Part shown: in pieces, positions 1-11,500 of the stretch | Numbering within the stretch: position 1 is the first letter of the stretch | How the letters are laid out: each line of letters begins with the position of its first letter | Assembly: GCA_964016885.1 (NCBI GenBank) | Contig: OZ024757.1 | Span: 14,880,001-14,944,000 of the forward strand | Length of the DNA stretch: 64,000 nt | Reading direction: 5' to 3' | Origin: Eledone cirrhosa | Taxonomy: Eukaryota | Translations under genes and position numbers: made by a program | The notes under the pieces: model-generated | The model's input: the letters and a program-made list of their open reading frames with translations, nothing else | The model's database searches: none | What the model was told of the DNA's origin: nothing

Positions 1-2026
1 AGGGACCAGCAGTGTTAGTCGAGGGGAGTATAATAAGTAAGGCAATCAAGGATATGAAGACGGGTAAGGCGGCTGGGCCTTCGGAAATAGTTGCTGAGAT
101 GCTGAAGGCATCTGGCACGGTGGGACACACCATGGTCACCCGCATAGTTAACCAAGTCGTACAGAATGGGGTTGTTCCGAAGGACTGGCATAGCAGCATC
201 ATCGTTAACTGTTATAAGGGTAAAGGAGACGCCCTAGATAGGAGTAACTATAGAGGCATTAAATTAATCGACCAGGTCATGAAGGTCACGGAAAAAGTAA
301 TAGCGCAACTAATCAGAGAGAGAATTGACCTAGATGAAATGCAGTTCGGGTTTGTGTCAGGCAAAAGCACCACAGACGCCCTTTTCATAGTACGACAACT
401 ACAGGAGAAGTACCTAGCTAAAGGTAGACCCCTCTACTTAGCTTTTGTCGACCTGGAGAAAGCCTTCGACAGAGTCCCCCGCTCCATTATCTGGTGGGCT
501 CTTAGAAAACTAGGCGTTGACGAATGGCTTGTGAGGGCTATACAAGCCATGTATAAAGAAACAGTCAGCAAGGTTAGAATTAACAACGAATATAGTGAAG
601 AGTTTAGCGTAAAAGTTGGCGTCCATCAGGGCTCTGTTCTCAGCCCCCTACTATTTATTATTGCCCTTCAGGCTATAACAGAGGAGTTCAAGACAGGCTG
701 CCCATGGGAACTCCTATACGCAGACGACCTGACACTCATAGCGGAATCAATGGCCGAGCTAGAGAAGAAATTCCAAACATGGAAGCACGGCCTAGAGTCA
801 AAAGGACTTAAAATTAACCTGGCTAAGACCAAAGTTCTAGTTTGTAGGAAAGAAAACAAGGCGGCGGTCCCTTCTGGGAAATGGTCGTGCTCGGTGTGTA
901 GGAAAGGCGTAGGTAGAAACTCCATTTTATGTCCTAAATGCAAAGTATGGGTGCATAAAAGATGTAGTGGGATCACAGGTAAGCTAACTAAGAACATAGA
1001 TTTTACATGTGGCCGGTGTTCTGGTGCAATAAGTAGCAGCAAGTGCCCACAAAATACTAGCTCTTTCAATTGCGCAGAGGGTTCTATAGAAATAGTGGAC
1101 AGCTTCCGTTACCTGGGCGATAAAATCAGCAGTGGGGGAGGGTGCTCTGAAAGTACTGTAGCTAGAGTCAGAACTGGTTGGAAAAAGTTCAGAGAGCTTA
1201 TACCACTATTAGCTGCTAAAGGGTTCTCCCTAAAAATGAAAGGCAGGTTGTACGATGCCTGCATACGAACAGCAATGTTGCATGGTAGTGAGACCTGGGC
1301 ATTGTGTGCAGAGGATATACGCAGACTAGAGAGGAACGAAGCTTGCATGCTCCGCTGGATGTGTAACAGTAATATACGTGAATGGCAAAGCATAAACGAA
1401 CTAAGGAAAAAATTAGAGATAAGAGGGATCAGATGTTGTTTACTCGAGAGAAGGCTGCGTTGGTATGGACACGTGATGCGCATGAAAGTCGATAGCTGTA
1501 TAACAAAGTGCAGGGCAATAAAGATAGACGGTAGCCACGGAATAGGCAGACCTAGAAAAACCTGGGACGAGCTGATAAACTCCGACCTCACACACTTACA
1601 CCTCTCCAAGACAATGTCACTGGACCGAGACCTTTGGCGGTACTCAGTAACAGAGAAGACCCGCCTTGCCAGTAGGCATCTCTAACAAAATACACCCCGT
1701 CCCGCCACCACCCCGTTCTATATAAAGTTATGTTGGTGCCGCGCCATCCAGGCCGAAACAAATGAGATCGTGTAGGTGTCACGACAAAAAAAACACACAG
1801 TCCACGCTGTAATGTGGCCGTGTAGGCAACACGGTAAAAACCTCCCAGACCCACACTGTAAATGTGGTTGGTGTTAGGAAGGGCATCCAACTGTAGAAAA
1901 CCTGCCAGACAGTCCTATGCGAGCAAGACAATCACTCTTGCCTCAAGTGGGACTACCCCCGTCCAAACCCATGCAAGCGTGGAACACGGACGTTAAACGT
2001 TGATGATGATGATGATGATGATGATG
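1..2026 (+). mobile_element. RTE-clade LINE, 3' portion (RT ORF 12..1685 with embedded PHD finger, 3'UTR, (GAT)n tail); 5' end outside the window
   Basis: RT motifs KGKGD..NYRGI, QFGF, FVDLEKAFD, GVHQGSVLSP, LLYADD; RTE-type C-terminus RRLRWYGHVMR..GRPRKTW; (gat)n tail at 2002-2026. Confidence 0.95.
12..1685 (+). CDS. RTE LINE reverse transcriptase (partial, frame intact)
   Basis: 557-aa ORF with YADD and the other RT motifs. Confidence 0.9.
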   Translation: MLVEGSIISKAIKDMKTGKAAGPSEIVAEMLKASGTVGHTMVTRIVNQVVQNGVVPKDWHSSIIVNCYKGKGDALDRSNYRGIKLIDQVMKVTEKVIAQLIRERIDLDEMQFGFVSGKSTTDALFIVRQLQEKYLAKGRPLYLAFVDLEKAFDRVPRSIIWWALRKLGVDEWLVRAIQAMYKETVSKVRINNEYSEEFSVKVGVHQGSVLSPLLFIIALQAITEEFKTGCPWELLYADDLTLIAESMAELEKKFQTWKHGLESKGLKINLAKTKVLVCRKENKAAVPSGKWSCSVCRKGVGRNSILCPKCKVWVHKRCSGITGKLTKNIDFTCGRCSGAISSSKCPQNTSSFNCAEGSIEIVDSFRYLGDKISSGGGCSESTVARVRTGWKKFRELIPLLAAKGFSLKMKGRLYDACIRTAMLHGSETWALCAEDIRRLERNEACMLRWMCNSNIREWQSINELRKKLEIRGIRCCLLERRLRWYGHVMRMKVDSCITKCRAIKIDGSHGIGRPRKTWDELINSDLTHLHLSKTMSLDRDLWRYSVTEKTRLASRHL

Positions 2027-2056
2027 TGATCAAATATATTTTATTATACATATTTC

Positions 2057-2381
2057 AGGCACATGGCTTAGTGGTTAGAGCATTGGCCTTGCAATCGAAA
2101 GGTTGTGAGTTCAATTCTCAGACTGGGTGATGTGTTGTTTCCTTGAGCAAGACACTTTATTTCACATTGCTCCAGTTTACTCAGCTGTAGAAATGAGATG
2201 ATAGGGACTGGGATCCCTATCATTCCACTGCAAAGTGGTCGTGGAGGTGCCACGGCAAAAAAGCACTCAGCACTCACTGTAAATGAGGTTGGTGTTAGGA
2301 AGGGCATCCAGCTGTAGAAATCAAGCCAGAATCAGTTCCCGTCCCACCCTTGCAAGCAGGGAAAAGCGGACGTAAAATGAT
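2057..2381 (+). mobile_element. tRNA-derived SINE with RTE-derived 3' tail
   Basis: A box tggcttagtgg, B box gagttcaattc, central ccttgagcaagacac domain; the tail ggttggtgttaggaagggcatccagc is shared with the RTE 3'UTR. Confidence 0.85.
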
Positions 2382-2502
2382 GGCCACATTTCAGAGGTAC
2401 TGAGCTATTTCATCAGTACGTCCTCATCTGATAAAATAAATTGATGTCTGACATACCTCGACTGTGCTGATGGTTCAAATCCAGTCTTGGCAGTCTTTAT
2501 AT

Positions 2503-2922
2503 CATCATCATCATCATCATCATCATCAACGTTTAACGTCCGTGTTCCACGCTTGCATGGGTTTGGACGGGGGTAGTCCCACTTGAGGCAAGAGTGATTG
2601 TCTTGCTCGCATAGGACTGTCTGGCGGGTTTTCTACAGCTGGATGCCCTTCCTAACACCAACCACATTTACAGTGTGGGTCTGGGAGGTTTTTACCGTGT
2701 TGCCTACACGGCCACATTACAGCGTGGACTGTGTGTTTTTTTGTCGTGACACCTACACGATCTCATTTGTTTCGGCCTGGATGGCGCGGCACCAACATAA
2801 CTTTACATAGAACGGGGTGGTGTGGATGGGGGGGGGGGGTGTGTATTTTGTTAGAGATGCCTACTGGCAAGGCGGGTCTTCTCTGTTACTGAGTACCGCC
2901 AAAGGTCTCGGTCCAGTGACAT
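2503..2922 (-). mobile_element. 5'-truncated RTE LINE 3' end, near-identical to 1615-2026 and inverted relative to it
   Basis: Reverse complement matches the end of ORF 12..1685 plus its 3'UTR and (CAT)n tail. Confidence 0.9.
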
Positions 2923-3247
2923 CATATATATAAAGACTGCCAACGCTGGATTTGAACCAGGGATTTGAACTGGGACAGTGTGAGGTTTTCTTTAGAACTG
3001 CTGGACTAACAACCTAGCAACTCCCTCAAATGTGATGGTGATTATCGCTAAATATTGATGTTGATTTGGTTATCAATATTAATGTTATTGGGCAACCACT
3101 GAAGAATTATAAGAGCCCACTTGTATAAGTATCTGTTGATCTTATACAAGCTTCTACATAACTTGGTATAATTTCACCCAACTTGTAGAAATCTTATAAT
3201 GAAACGAGTCATCTGGGAAATGATATATTTGATATATCTCATATGAA

Positions 3248-3410
3248 ATAATTGTTTCTACTTTAGGCACAAGGCCAGCAATTACCCAGTGCATTACTGG
3301 TACTTTATTTTATCGACCCCGTAAGGATGAAAGGCAAAGCCAACCTCGGCGGGATTTGAACTCAGATCGTAAAGGGATCTAACTATGCTGGAAAGCATGG
3401 CGTCCAGCAT
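3248..3410 (-). mobile_element. tRNA-derived SINE family 2 (Meta-domain-like gcctttcatccttacggggtcgataaa). Further copies at about 4272-4410(-), 7428-7622(-), 7633-7790(-), 21226-21341(+), 28803-28993(+), 36254-36440(-), 42310-42490(+), 42677-42785(+), 49537-49730(-), 51474-51660(+), 58700-58892(+)
   Basis: About 12 dispersed similar copies with A/B boxes (tggcagtatcgg; gagttcaaatcc) and an (ATT)n-like tail. Confidence 0.8.
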
Positions 3411-3561
3411 ATCATATGAAATAATACAGCCAATTATCCACACAATACAATATAGTTAGCACCCCAAACGTTTAATTGGGATTATACTCAGGTATTTCCT
3501 AATGTTTGTTGAATGAGTTGGAATTTGGCCGAAGTATCGCTATTAGCTTTCTCCGATTATG

Positions 3562-3608
<47 letters not shown>

Positions 3609-3765
3609 AAACGAAAAATCAGTGATGCATCTGAACTCAATTTATTGTGTTACAATTGTTTCGCCGGCAGACAGCTTGAGACACGATCATTGTGTGGATC
3701 AGTCTGATTCTGGATCTGCAGGTTCTATGTATCTCTCTGATTCTGGATCTGCATATATATATATG

Positions 3766-3884
3766 GTTTACAGCCATATCACACTGAAAACACCGGTTCT
3801 CGTCCGATCACCGAAGTTAAGCAACGTTGAGCCTAGTTAGTACTTAGATGGATGACCGATTGGGAACCCTAGGTGCTCTAAACG
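3766..3884 (+). rRNA. 5S rRNA copy (isolated, probably a pseudogene)
   Basis: About 119 nt, gtttacagccatatcacactgaaaacaccggttctcgtccgatcaccgaagttaagcaacg...ttagtacttagatggatgaccgattgggaac...gtgctctaaac, follows the metazoan 5S consensus with several substitutions; a T-rich tract follows. Confidence 0.85.
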
Positions 3885-3896
3885 TTTATTTTTATG

Positions 3897-4272
3897 GAGG
3901 CACATGGCTTAGTGGTTAAAGTAATCGAAAGGTTGTGAGTTCAATTCACAGACCGGGTGATGTGTTGTTTCCTTGAGCAAGACACTTTATTTCACATTGC
4001 TCCAGTTTACTCAGCTGTAGAAATGAGATGATAGGGACTGGGGTCCCTATCATTCCACTGCAAAGTGGTCGTGGAGGTGTCACGGAAAAAAAGTCTCCAG
4101 CACTTACTGTAAATGAGGTTGGTGTTAGGAAGGGCATCCAGCTGTAGAAATCAAGCCAGAATCAGTTCCTGTATGAGTAAGACAAGGTCAGCCGACCGGA
4201 CACTGCCCACAACAGGACAACCCATGCTAGCGTGGAAGAACAGACGTAAAACGGTGATGATGATGATGATGA
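3897..4272 (+). mobile_element. tRNA-derived SINE with RTE tail (same family as 2057)
   Basis: Near-identical to 2057-2381, ends in (gat)n. Confidence 0.85.
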
Positions 4273-4699
4273 TTACTGGTACTTTATTTTATCGACCCTG
4301 TAAGGATGAAAGGCAAAGTTAACCTCGGCGGGATATGAACTCAGAATGGCTGGGCCATAACTATGCTAGAAAGCATGACGTCCGACCCTCTACCGATACT
4401 GCCAATGGTGAAATAATGTGGAGTGTTGAGACCAGGCAGTAAAAATATAAGAATGTATCTTATTTATTTAGCAATAAAATACTTTTGGAAACAAGCTTCC
4501 TATGTGTTTTTACATTTGTCTACACACATTAATCGCTATATGTCAGCATCATCATCATCACTATCACTATTTGTTGGTTAAAATACATTAGTGATGTAGG
4601 TATATTAGCAATAAATTGGTTAGGATTCACTTGGTTTTGTTTTCTATTTTATCTTTTTTGTTTTAAATCAGAGATCAAGAAAAACTGGTGGTTGTCTGT

Positions 4700-5240
4700 C
4701 AGTGGTGATGGTGGTGGTGGTAGTAGCAAGATAGTGGTACTGGTGGTGGTTGTGGTAGTAGCAATGGTAGTGATAGTGGTACTGGTGGTGGTTGTGGTGA
4801 TGATAGTGGTGGTGGTGGTGGCAGTGATAGTGGAGATAGTAGTAGTGGTAGTAATAGTGGTACTGGGTGTGGTGGTAGTGGAGGTGGTAGTAATAGTGGT
4901 GGTGGTGGTAGTGGAGGTAGTAGTAGTGGTGGTAGTGATAGTGGTGATGGTGGTGGAAGTGGTGATGATAGTGGTGACAGTAGTAGTAGTGGAGGTAGTA
5001 GCTTGGTGGTGGAGATAGTAGTAGTAGTGATAGCATAGGTAGCAAGGGTGGGAGTAAAAGTGGTGGTGGTGCTGCTGGTAATACCATTAGTAGCGAAGGT
5101 AGTTGTAGTAGTAATAGGAGTAGTGATGATAGTGGTGGCAGTGTTGGTAGTAGCAGTTGTAGTAGGAGTGGTAGTAATGGTGATAGTGATGGTGGTAGTA
5201 GTAGTGGAAGTAGTAGTAGTTAGGAGTGGTGGTGGTAATT
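4700..5240. repeat. (GGT/AGT)n degenerate trinucleotide microsatellite
   Basis: Direct inspection; source of the poly-V and poly-H ORFs. Confidence 0.95.
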
Positions 5241-5743
5241 GTAGTCACGACAAATAATTAAAGGTATTTTTGTCTCCTCCCCCATTTACACTGTTGCTCC
5301 CATCATACTTTTGCATCTTACCTATTCATCCCTTGTTCTCTCTCTCCTATTCACCCTCTGGGACACATTGCCTTGAAGGAATGAAGACAAGGTGGTGAGA
5401 ACTCTTCGATCTCGTGGGAAAGAAAGCAACCTCATTGGTGCTGGTGTAATGATAATATGCACCCAGTACACACTGTAAAATGGTGAGCAAATGAGTGGAA
5501 ATAACATAAAGGTGAAAATGAGTACCAGCAGTAGCTATGGGTTAACCTTGTAATATACTGGTGTCCCGTCCAGAGGGGAAGTCTTGTACTCTGTCGCTTA
5601 ACGCCGATGAAACCAGGATAAATACCAGCCTAATGAGCTTCTGGACTTGGAACAGACTTTAGACTGTGATGGAGTGATGTCCTATCCAGTGGGGAGTCTT
5701 TTAATGAAGCTTGTCCAGTGTGGAATCTTTTATTCTCAACTGT

Positions 5744-5944
5744 TTAACACTTTAGCATTTAAACCTGCTGTATCTGGTCAGAATTATCTCACCTCTTTCA
5801 AACTGGCCGCTCATATTGATGTTAAGGTATTGTTTTCAAAATAAATAATATCAAAATCTCATAGATTCGATATTATGTGAGGCAAAGCCTTTACCCTGAA
5901 AACATAATAGTATATATAGAGTAATGTAAATGCTAAAGGGTTAA
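5744..5944 (+). mobile_element. piggyBac-like MITE (TTAA-flanked TIRs)
   Basis: ttaa-cactttagcattta ... taaatgctaaaggg-ttaa; related copies at 8401, 29805 and 47620-47830. Confidence 0.7.
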
Positions 5945-6469
5945 TGCCAATGAAACTGGGATAAGCACTGGCCTAATGAGACTCTGGGCTTGGGACAAAC
6001 GTAACCCTTTGATAGACTGGTGTCTTGTCCTGTGGGAAGTCTTTCATTCTTAGCTGCTAAAAGCCAATGAAGCCGAGATAAGCAACAGCTTGATTAGCCT
6101 TCAGGCTCGGGGAAAAAAACAAATAAGACAGTATACAAGAAGGCACATGGCTTGGTGGTTAAGGTGTTCGGCTGACAATTGAAAGCTTGTGGGTTTGATT
6201 CCTAGACCAGGTGGCATGCTGTGCTCTTGAGCAAGACATTTTATCTCATATTTTTCCAATACACTCAGCTGAAAAGAATATGTAGTAGCAGCAGGGGAGC
6301 TGACATTGCGATAAACATTATTTTTCTCTTCGACAGACCGGTCCCCAGTAAATCTACTGAGGCTCAGCCTCTGCCATCCTGCATTGAAACGTTTGTAGAA
6401 TAAAATAATGTAAATCTTAACTGGTTATTCATTGTTATTCTATTTATATATATATATATATATAATAAT

Positions 6470-7410
6470 GATAATAATAATGAAAATTGTGTACAGTGCT
6501 CAGGTGCACTACAACTCATCAAAGGTGCATATATAGTACATCGAATAATGTACAAATATCAAGAAAGTGAACAGTGTATGAGTTATGATATACAGACAGA
6601 CATACATGCACATGTGTATAGAAGGGGAATATCAGGTTTAGTGTTGGTGAATTTCAGGAAGCACAGAATTTTTGAAGGATGCAGTGTCCTGACAGCTAAC
6701 AACTGTTGCAGGGAGTTTGTTCCATGCAGGTTTTGAAGGATGCAGTGTCCTGATAGCTAACAACTGTTGCAGGGAGTTTGTTCCATGGAGGTTTTGAAGG
6801 ATGCAGTGTCCTGACAGCTAACAACTGTTGCAGGGAGTTTGTTCCATCCAGGTTTTAAAGGATGCAGTGTCCTGACAGCTAACAACTGTTGCAGGGAGTT
6901 TGTTCCATGGAAGTTTTGAAGGATGCAGTGTCCTGACAGCTAACAACTGTTGCAGGGAGTTTGTTCCATGGAAGTTTTGAAGGATGCAGTGTTCTGACAG
7001 CTAACAACTGTTGCAGGGAGTTTGTTCCATGGAGGTTTTGAAGGATATAGTATCCTGACAGCTAACAACTGTTGCAGGGAGTTTGTTCCATGGAAGTTTT
7101 GAAGGATGCAGTGTTCTGACAGCTAACAACTGTTGCAGGGAGTTTATTCCATGGAGGTTTTGAAGGATATAGTATCCTGACAGCTAACAACTGTTGCAGG
7201 GAGTTTATTCCATGGAAGTTTTGAAGGATGTAGTGTCCTGACAGCTAACAACTGTTGCAGGGAGTTTGTTCTATGCTTCACCAACTGAGCATGAAAATAT
7301 ATTTCCGAAATTTATGGGAGGTGTGCTGTTTTCTGATTTTATAAGCCTGTCTACAGGTGTTAGGCATATGGAATTCAAAAAGGTGTTCCGTGTTGTTGTT
7401 GGAAAGATGG
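6470..7410 (-). mobile_element. CR1-like LINE 3' fragment containing a 61-bp tandem array
   Basis: Minus strand reads ..YKIRKQHTSHKFRKYIF..EA(W)NKLPATVVSCQDTASFK, resembling the CR1 ORF2 C-terminus; (ATT)n-like tail near 6465. Confidence 0.65.
6668..7275. repeat. 61-bp tandem repeat, about 10 copies
   Basis: Unit ttttgaaggatgcagtgtcctgacagctaacaactgttgcagggagtttgttccatggagg. Confidence 0.95.
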
Positions 7411-7788
7411 TTAATAATAATAATAATAATTGTTTCTACTTTTTGGCACAAGGCCAGCAATTACCCAGTAACTATATTACTGGTACTTTATTTTATCAAC
7501 CCCGTAAGGATGAAAGGCAAAGTTAACCTCGATGGGATTTGAACTCAGACCGTAAAGGGACATAACTATGCTAGAAAGCATGGTGGCCACCCCTCTCCCG
7601 ATACTGCCAATTCACCGCCTTGGTTAATAATAATAATTGTTTCTACTTTTGGCACAAGGTCAGCAATTACTCCAGTGCATTACCGGTGCTTTATTTTATT
7701 AACCCTGTAAGGATGAAAGGCAAAGTTAAACTCAGCGGGATTTGAATTCAGATCATAAAGGGCCGTCCGACCCTCTACCGATACTGTC

Positions 7789-7840
<52 letters not shown>

Positions 7841-8539
7841 CAGCTCACATATGTTTCTTGGCTGTTTTAATGGGAGGGGGCCCCAGTCCTACCATGAAAA
7901 GACTTACCTCTTGACCAGATGCTATTTCATTGCAGTGGTTAGCTCTTCCTGCTGCTGTTAGTATTCATTTTCCTTTTGCATCTGAGTGGATTGAAACAAT
8001 GTGAAATGAAGTGTCTTGCTCAAGATTCAGGTATCCAACCCCAGCCTTATGATGATGAGTCCAACATCCTAACACTAGGACATGAGCTTTGACTCTTGCT
8101 AGTTAGGAAAACAGACATTAAATAATGGTCCCATGATAAAAAGCACCCTGCCCACACTGTAAGGTGGTCATGTTGGCGACATGACAAAAAGCACCCAGGT
8201 CAATTTGTAAGGTGGTCGTTTTGGTGCCACAATAAAGGAACACCCAGCCCAAACTGTACTGTGGTTGGCATTAGGAAGGTCATCCAGTCATCCAACACAA
8301 GCCAAAATGCAGATTGCATGAGCAAGACGTGGCCACCTTAACTGACTTGTTTCATAACATGACAACCAGTCTAACCCATACAAGCAGGGAAAAATAGACG
8401 TTAACCCTTTAATGTTCAAACTGTCCAAAACCGGCCAGAATTCTCTACCTTTTTCTGTTGAAACTGGCTGTAACTGGTCACTCAAACTGATGTTAAGGTA
8501 TTGTTCTCAAAATAAATACTTTCAAAATCTCATAGATTC

Positions 8540-11500
8540 GATATTATGTGAGATAATTATGTGAGGTAAAGCCTTTACCATGAAAATATAATAGTATATA
8601 TAGAGTAATGTGAATGTTATGTGAGATATTATGTGAGGTAAAGCCTTTACCATGAAAATATAATAGTATATATAGAGTAATGTGAATGTTATGTGAGATA
8701 ATTATGTGAGGTAAAGCCTTTACCATGAAAATATAATAGTATATATAGAGTAATGTGAATGTTATCTGAGATATAATGTGAGATAAAGCCTTTACCATGA
8801 AAATATAATAGTATATATAGAGTAATGTGAATGTTATGTGAGATATTATGTGAGGTAAAGCCTTTACCATGAAAATATAATAGTATATATAGAGTAATGT
8901 GAATGTTATCTGAGATATTATGTGAGGTAAAGCCTTTACCATGAAAATATAATAGTATATATAGAGTAATGTGAATGTTATCTGAGATATTATGTGAGGT
9001 AAAGCCTTTACTGTGAAAATATAATAGTATATATAGAGTAATGTAAATGTTATGTGAGATATTATGTGAGGTAAAGCCTTTACCATGAAAATATAATAGT
9101 ATATATAGAGTAATGTAAATGTTATGTGAGATATTATGTGAGGTAAAGCCTTTACCATGAAAATATAATAGTATATATAGAGTAATGTGAATGTTATGTG
9201 AGATATAATGTGAGATAAAGCCTTTACTGTGAAAATATAATAGTATATATAGAGTAATGTAAATGTTATGTGAGATATTATGTGAGGTAAAGCCTTTACC
9301 ATGAAAATATAATAGTATATATAGAGTAATGTAAATGTTATGTGAGATATTATGGGAGGTAAAGCCTTTACCATGAAAATATAATAGTATATATAGAGTA
9401 ATGTGAATGTTATCTGAGATATAATGTGAGATAAAGCCTTTACTGTGAAAATATAATAGTATATATAGAGTAATGTAAATGTTATGTGAGATATTATGTG
9501 AGGTAAAGCCTTTACTGTGAAAATACAATAGTATATATAGAGTAATGTAAATGTTATACAAGATACTTATGTGAGGTAAAGCCTTTACCACGAAAATACA
9601 ATAGTATATATAGAGTAATGTGAATGTTATGCGAGATAATTATGTGCGGTAAACCCTTTACCATGAAAATACAATAATATATATAGAATAATGTGAATGT
9701 TATCTGAGATATAATGTGAGGTAAAGCCTTTACTGTGAAAATATAATCTATATATATAAAACTGTGGTTGTCTGTCTGTCTATCGATTTTTGGCACACAT
9801 CTCCTCTTAGAATCTCTCACGGAATTGCACCGAAATTGCTATACTTGTACATTGAGCCCTAGCGAAGACATCGGAAAAAAAATATTTCAAATTGACCCGC
9901 CCTATCTGACGAAATCGAATATAATGTATCGATTTTTGAGCGTAAGTGATCAGTTATTTCCCTTTGTTCTGTTTACATTGAGCGTCTTACGTAAAAAATT
10001 ACGCTGGCTTTACGAACAGTTGTCGAGCCAGCAAAATATTGACCTGCAAAATTCATCAGTTCGAACACTAAGCTTCCGTTTTGCTTCATTTCCATTTAAA
10101 AGCATTTTAAAACAATATTTTTACTTGAAAACAAGTCTATTTAAAGACTACGTAAAACAAGCAAATATTTCGTAGTTAGGCGTGCAGACAGACAGTCGTG
10201 CAGAGAGGTGATATAGGCGTGCAGACAGATAGTCGTGCAGAGAGGTGATATAGGTGTGCAGACAGATAGTCGTGCAGAGAGGTGATATAGGCGTGCAGAC
10301 AGACATAACTGATAATTTGGTTACGCTAATGTTTTTCTCTGCGTTGCAGTGTTTACATTTTCGATCTTTGTTAATAAATAACCAGTGCAGTTTCTATCCC
10401 CAGCATCCTCTTTTGTTATAACATTCGGGTTATCGTTATGTTTTCTTAACTTCATAAGGCATATTGTTGGTTGAGGGAATATTAATCAAAAACACCACAT
10501 GCAAGTCTGCACAGTAGACACTACAGTTTTTAAGCCAAGAAAGAAACTTAACATTGTAACTTTAACACAGCTTCATCAGTTCGAACACTAAGCTTCCGTT
10601 TTGCTTCATTTCCATTTAAAAGCCTTTTAAAACAATATTTTTACTTGAAAACAAGTCTATTTAAAGACTACGTAAAACAAGCAAATATTTCGTAAAAAAA
10701 AGCAAAAATGATATAAGTTTATTTAAAATATATGTATCTGTAAATTTCGTTAGGCGTGCAGACAGACAGTCGTGCAGAGAGGTGATATAGGCGTGCAGAC
10801 AGACAGTCGTGCAGAGAGGTGATATAGGGGTGCAGGCAGACATTCGTGCAGAGAGGTGATATAGGGGTGCAGACAGACTGTCGTGCAGAGAGGTGATATA
10901 GGCGTGCAGACAGACAGTCGTGCAGAGAGGTGATATACGCGTGCAGACAGACAGTCGTGCAGAGAGGTGATATAGGCGTGCAGACAGGTGATATAGGCGT
11001 GCAGACAGACAGTCGTGCAGAGAGGTGATATAGGCGTGCAGACAGACATAACTGATAATTTGGTTATGCTAATGTTTTTCTCTGCGTTGCAGTGTTTACA
11101 TTTTCGATCTTTGTTAATAAATAACCAGTGCAGTTTCTATCCCCAGCATCCTCTTTTGTTATAACATTCGGGTTATCGTTATGTTTTCTTAACTTCATAA
11201 GGCATATTGTTGGTTGAGGGAATATTAATCAAAAACACCACATGCAAGTCTGCACAGTAGAAAACTACATTTTTTAAGCCAAGAAAGAAACTTAACATTG
11301 TAACTTTAACACAGCTACTGAGCGACCCCGAGCAACGCCGGGCTTTACTGCTAGTAGTATATATAGAGTAATGTAAATGTTATGTGAGATATTATGTGAG
11401 GTAAAGCCTTTACTGTGAAAATATAATAGTATATATAGAGTAATGTAAATGGTATGTGAGATACTATGTGAGGTAAAGCCTTTACTGTGAAAATACAATA

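Noticed and set aside
668-1609. Antisense ORFs over the RTE copies (also 12799-13917, 55024-57573)
   Set aside because: Shadow frames of the LINE ORF with no independent motifs
2057-2130. tRNA genes at SINE heads
   Set aside because: A/B boxes are present but there is no complete cloverleaf, and each continues into a SINE body
2385-2432. ctgatga/gaaa words suggesting a hammerhead (also 14841-14873)
   Set aside because: Stems I and III cannot be formed around the core
4668-5257. His/Tyr-rich and poly-Val ORFs (also 45817-46533)
   Set aside because: Trinucleotide microsatellite translations without splice or domain support
8544-9591. 276- and 300-aa repetitive ORFs (also 11292-11927, 33211-34104, 38461-39784)
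   Set aside because: Open only because the tandem unit length is a multiple of 3; derived from MITE, LINE-tail or simple-repeat DNA
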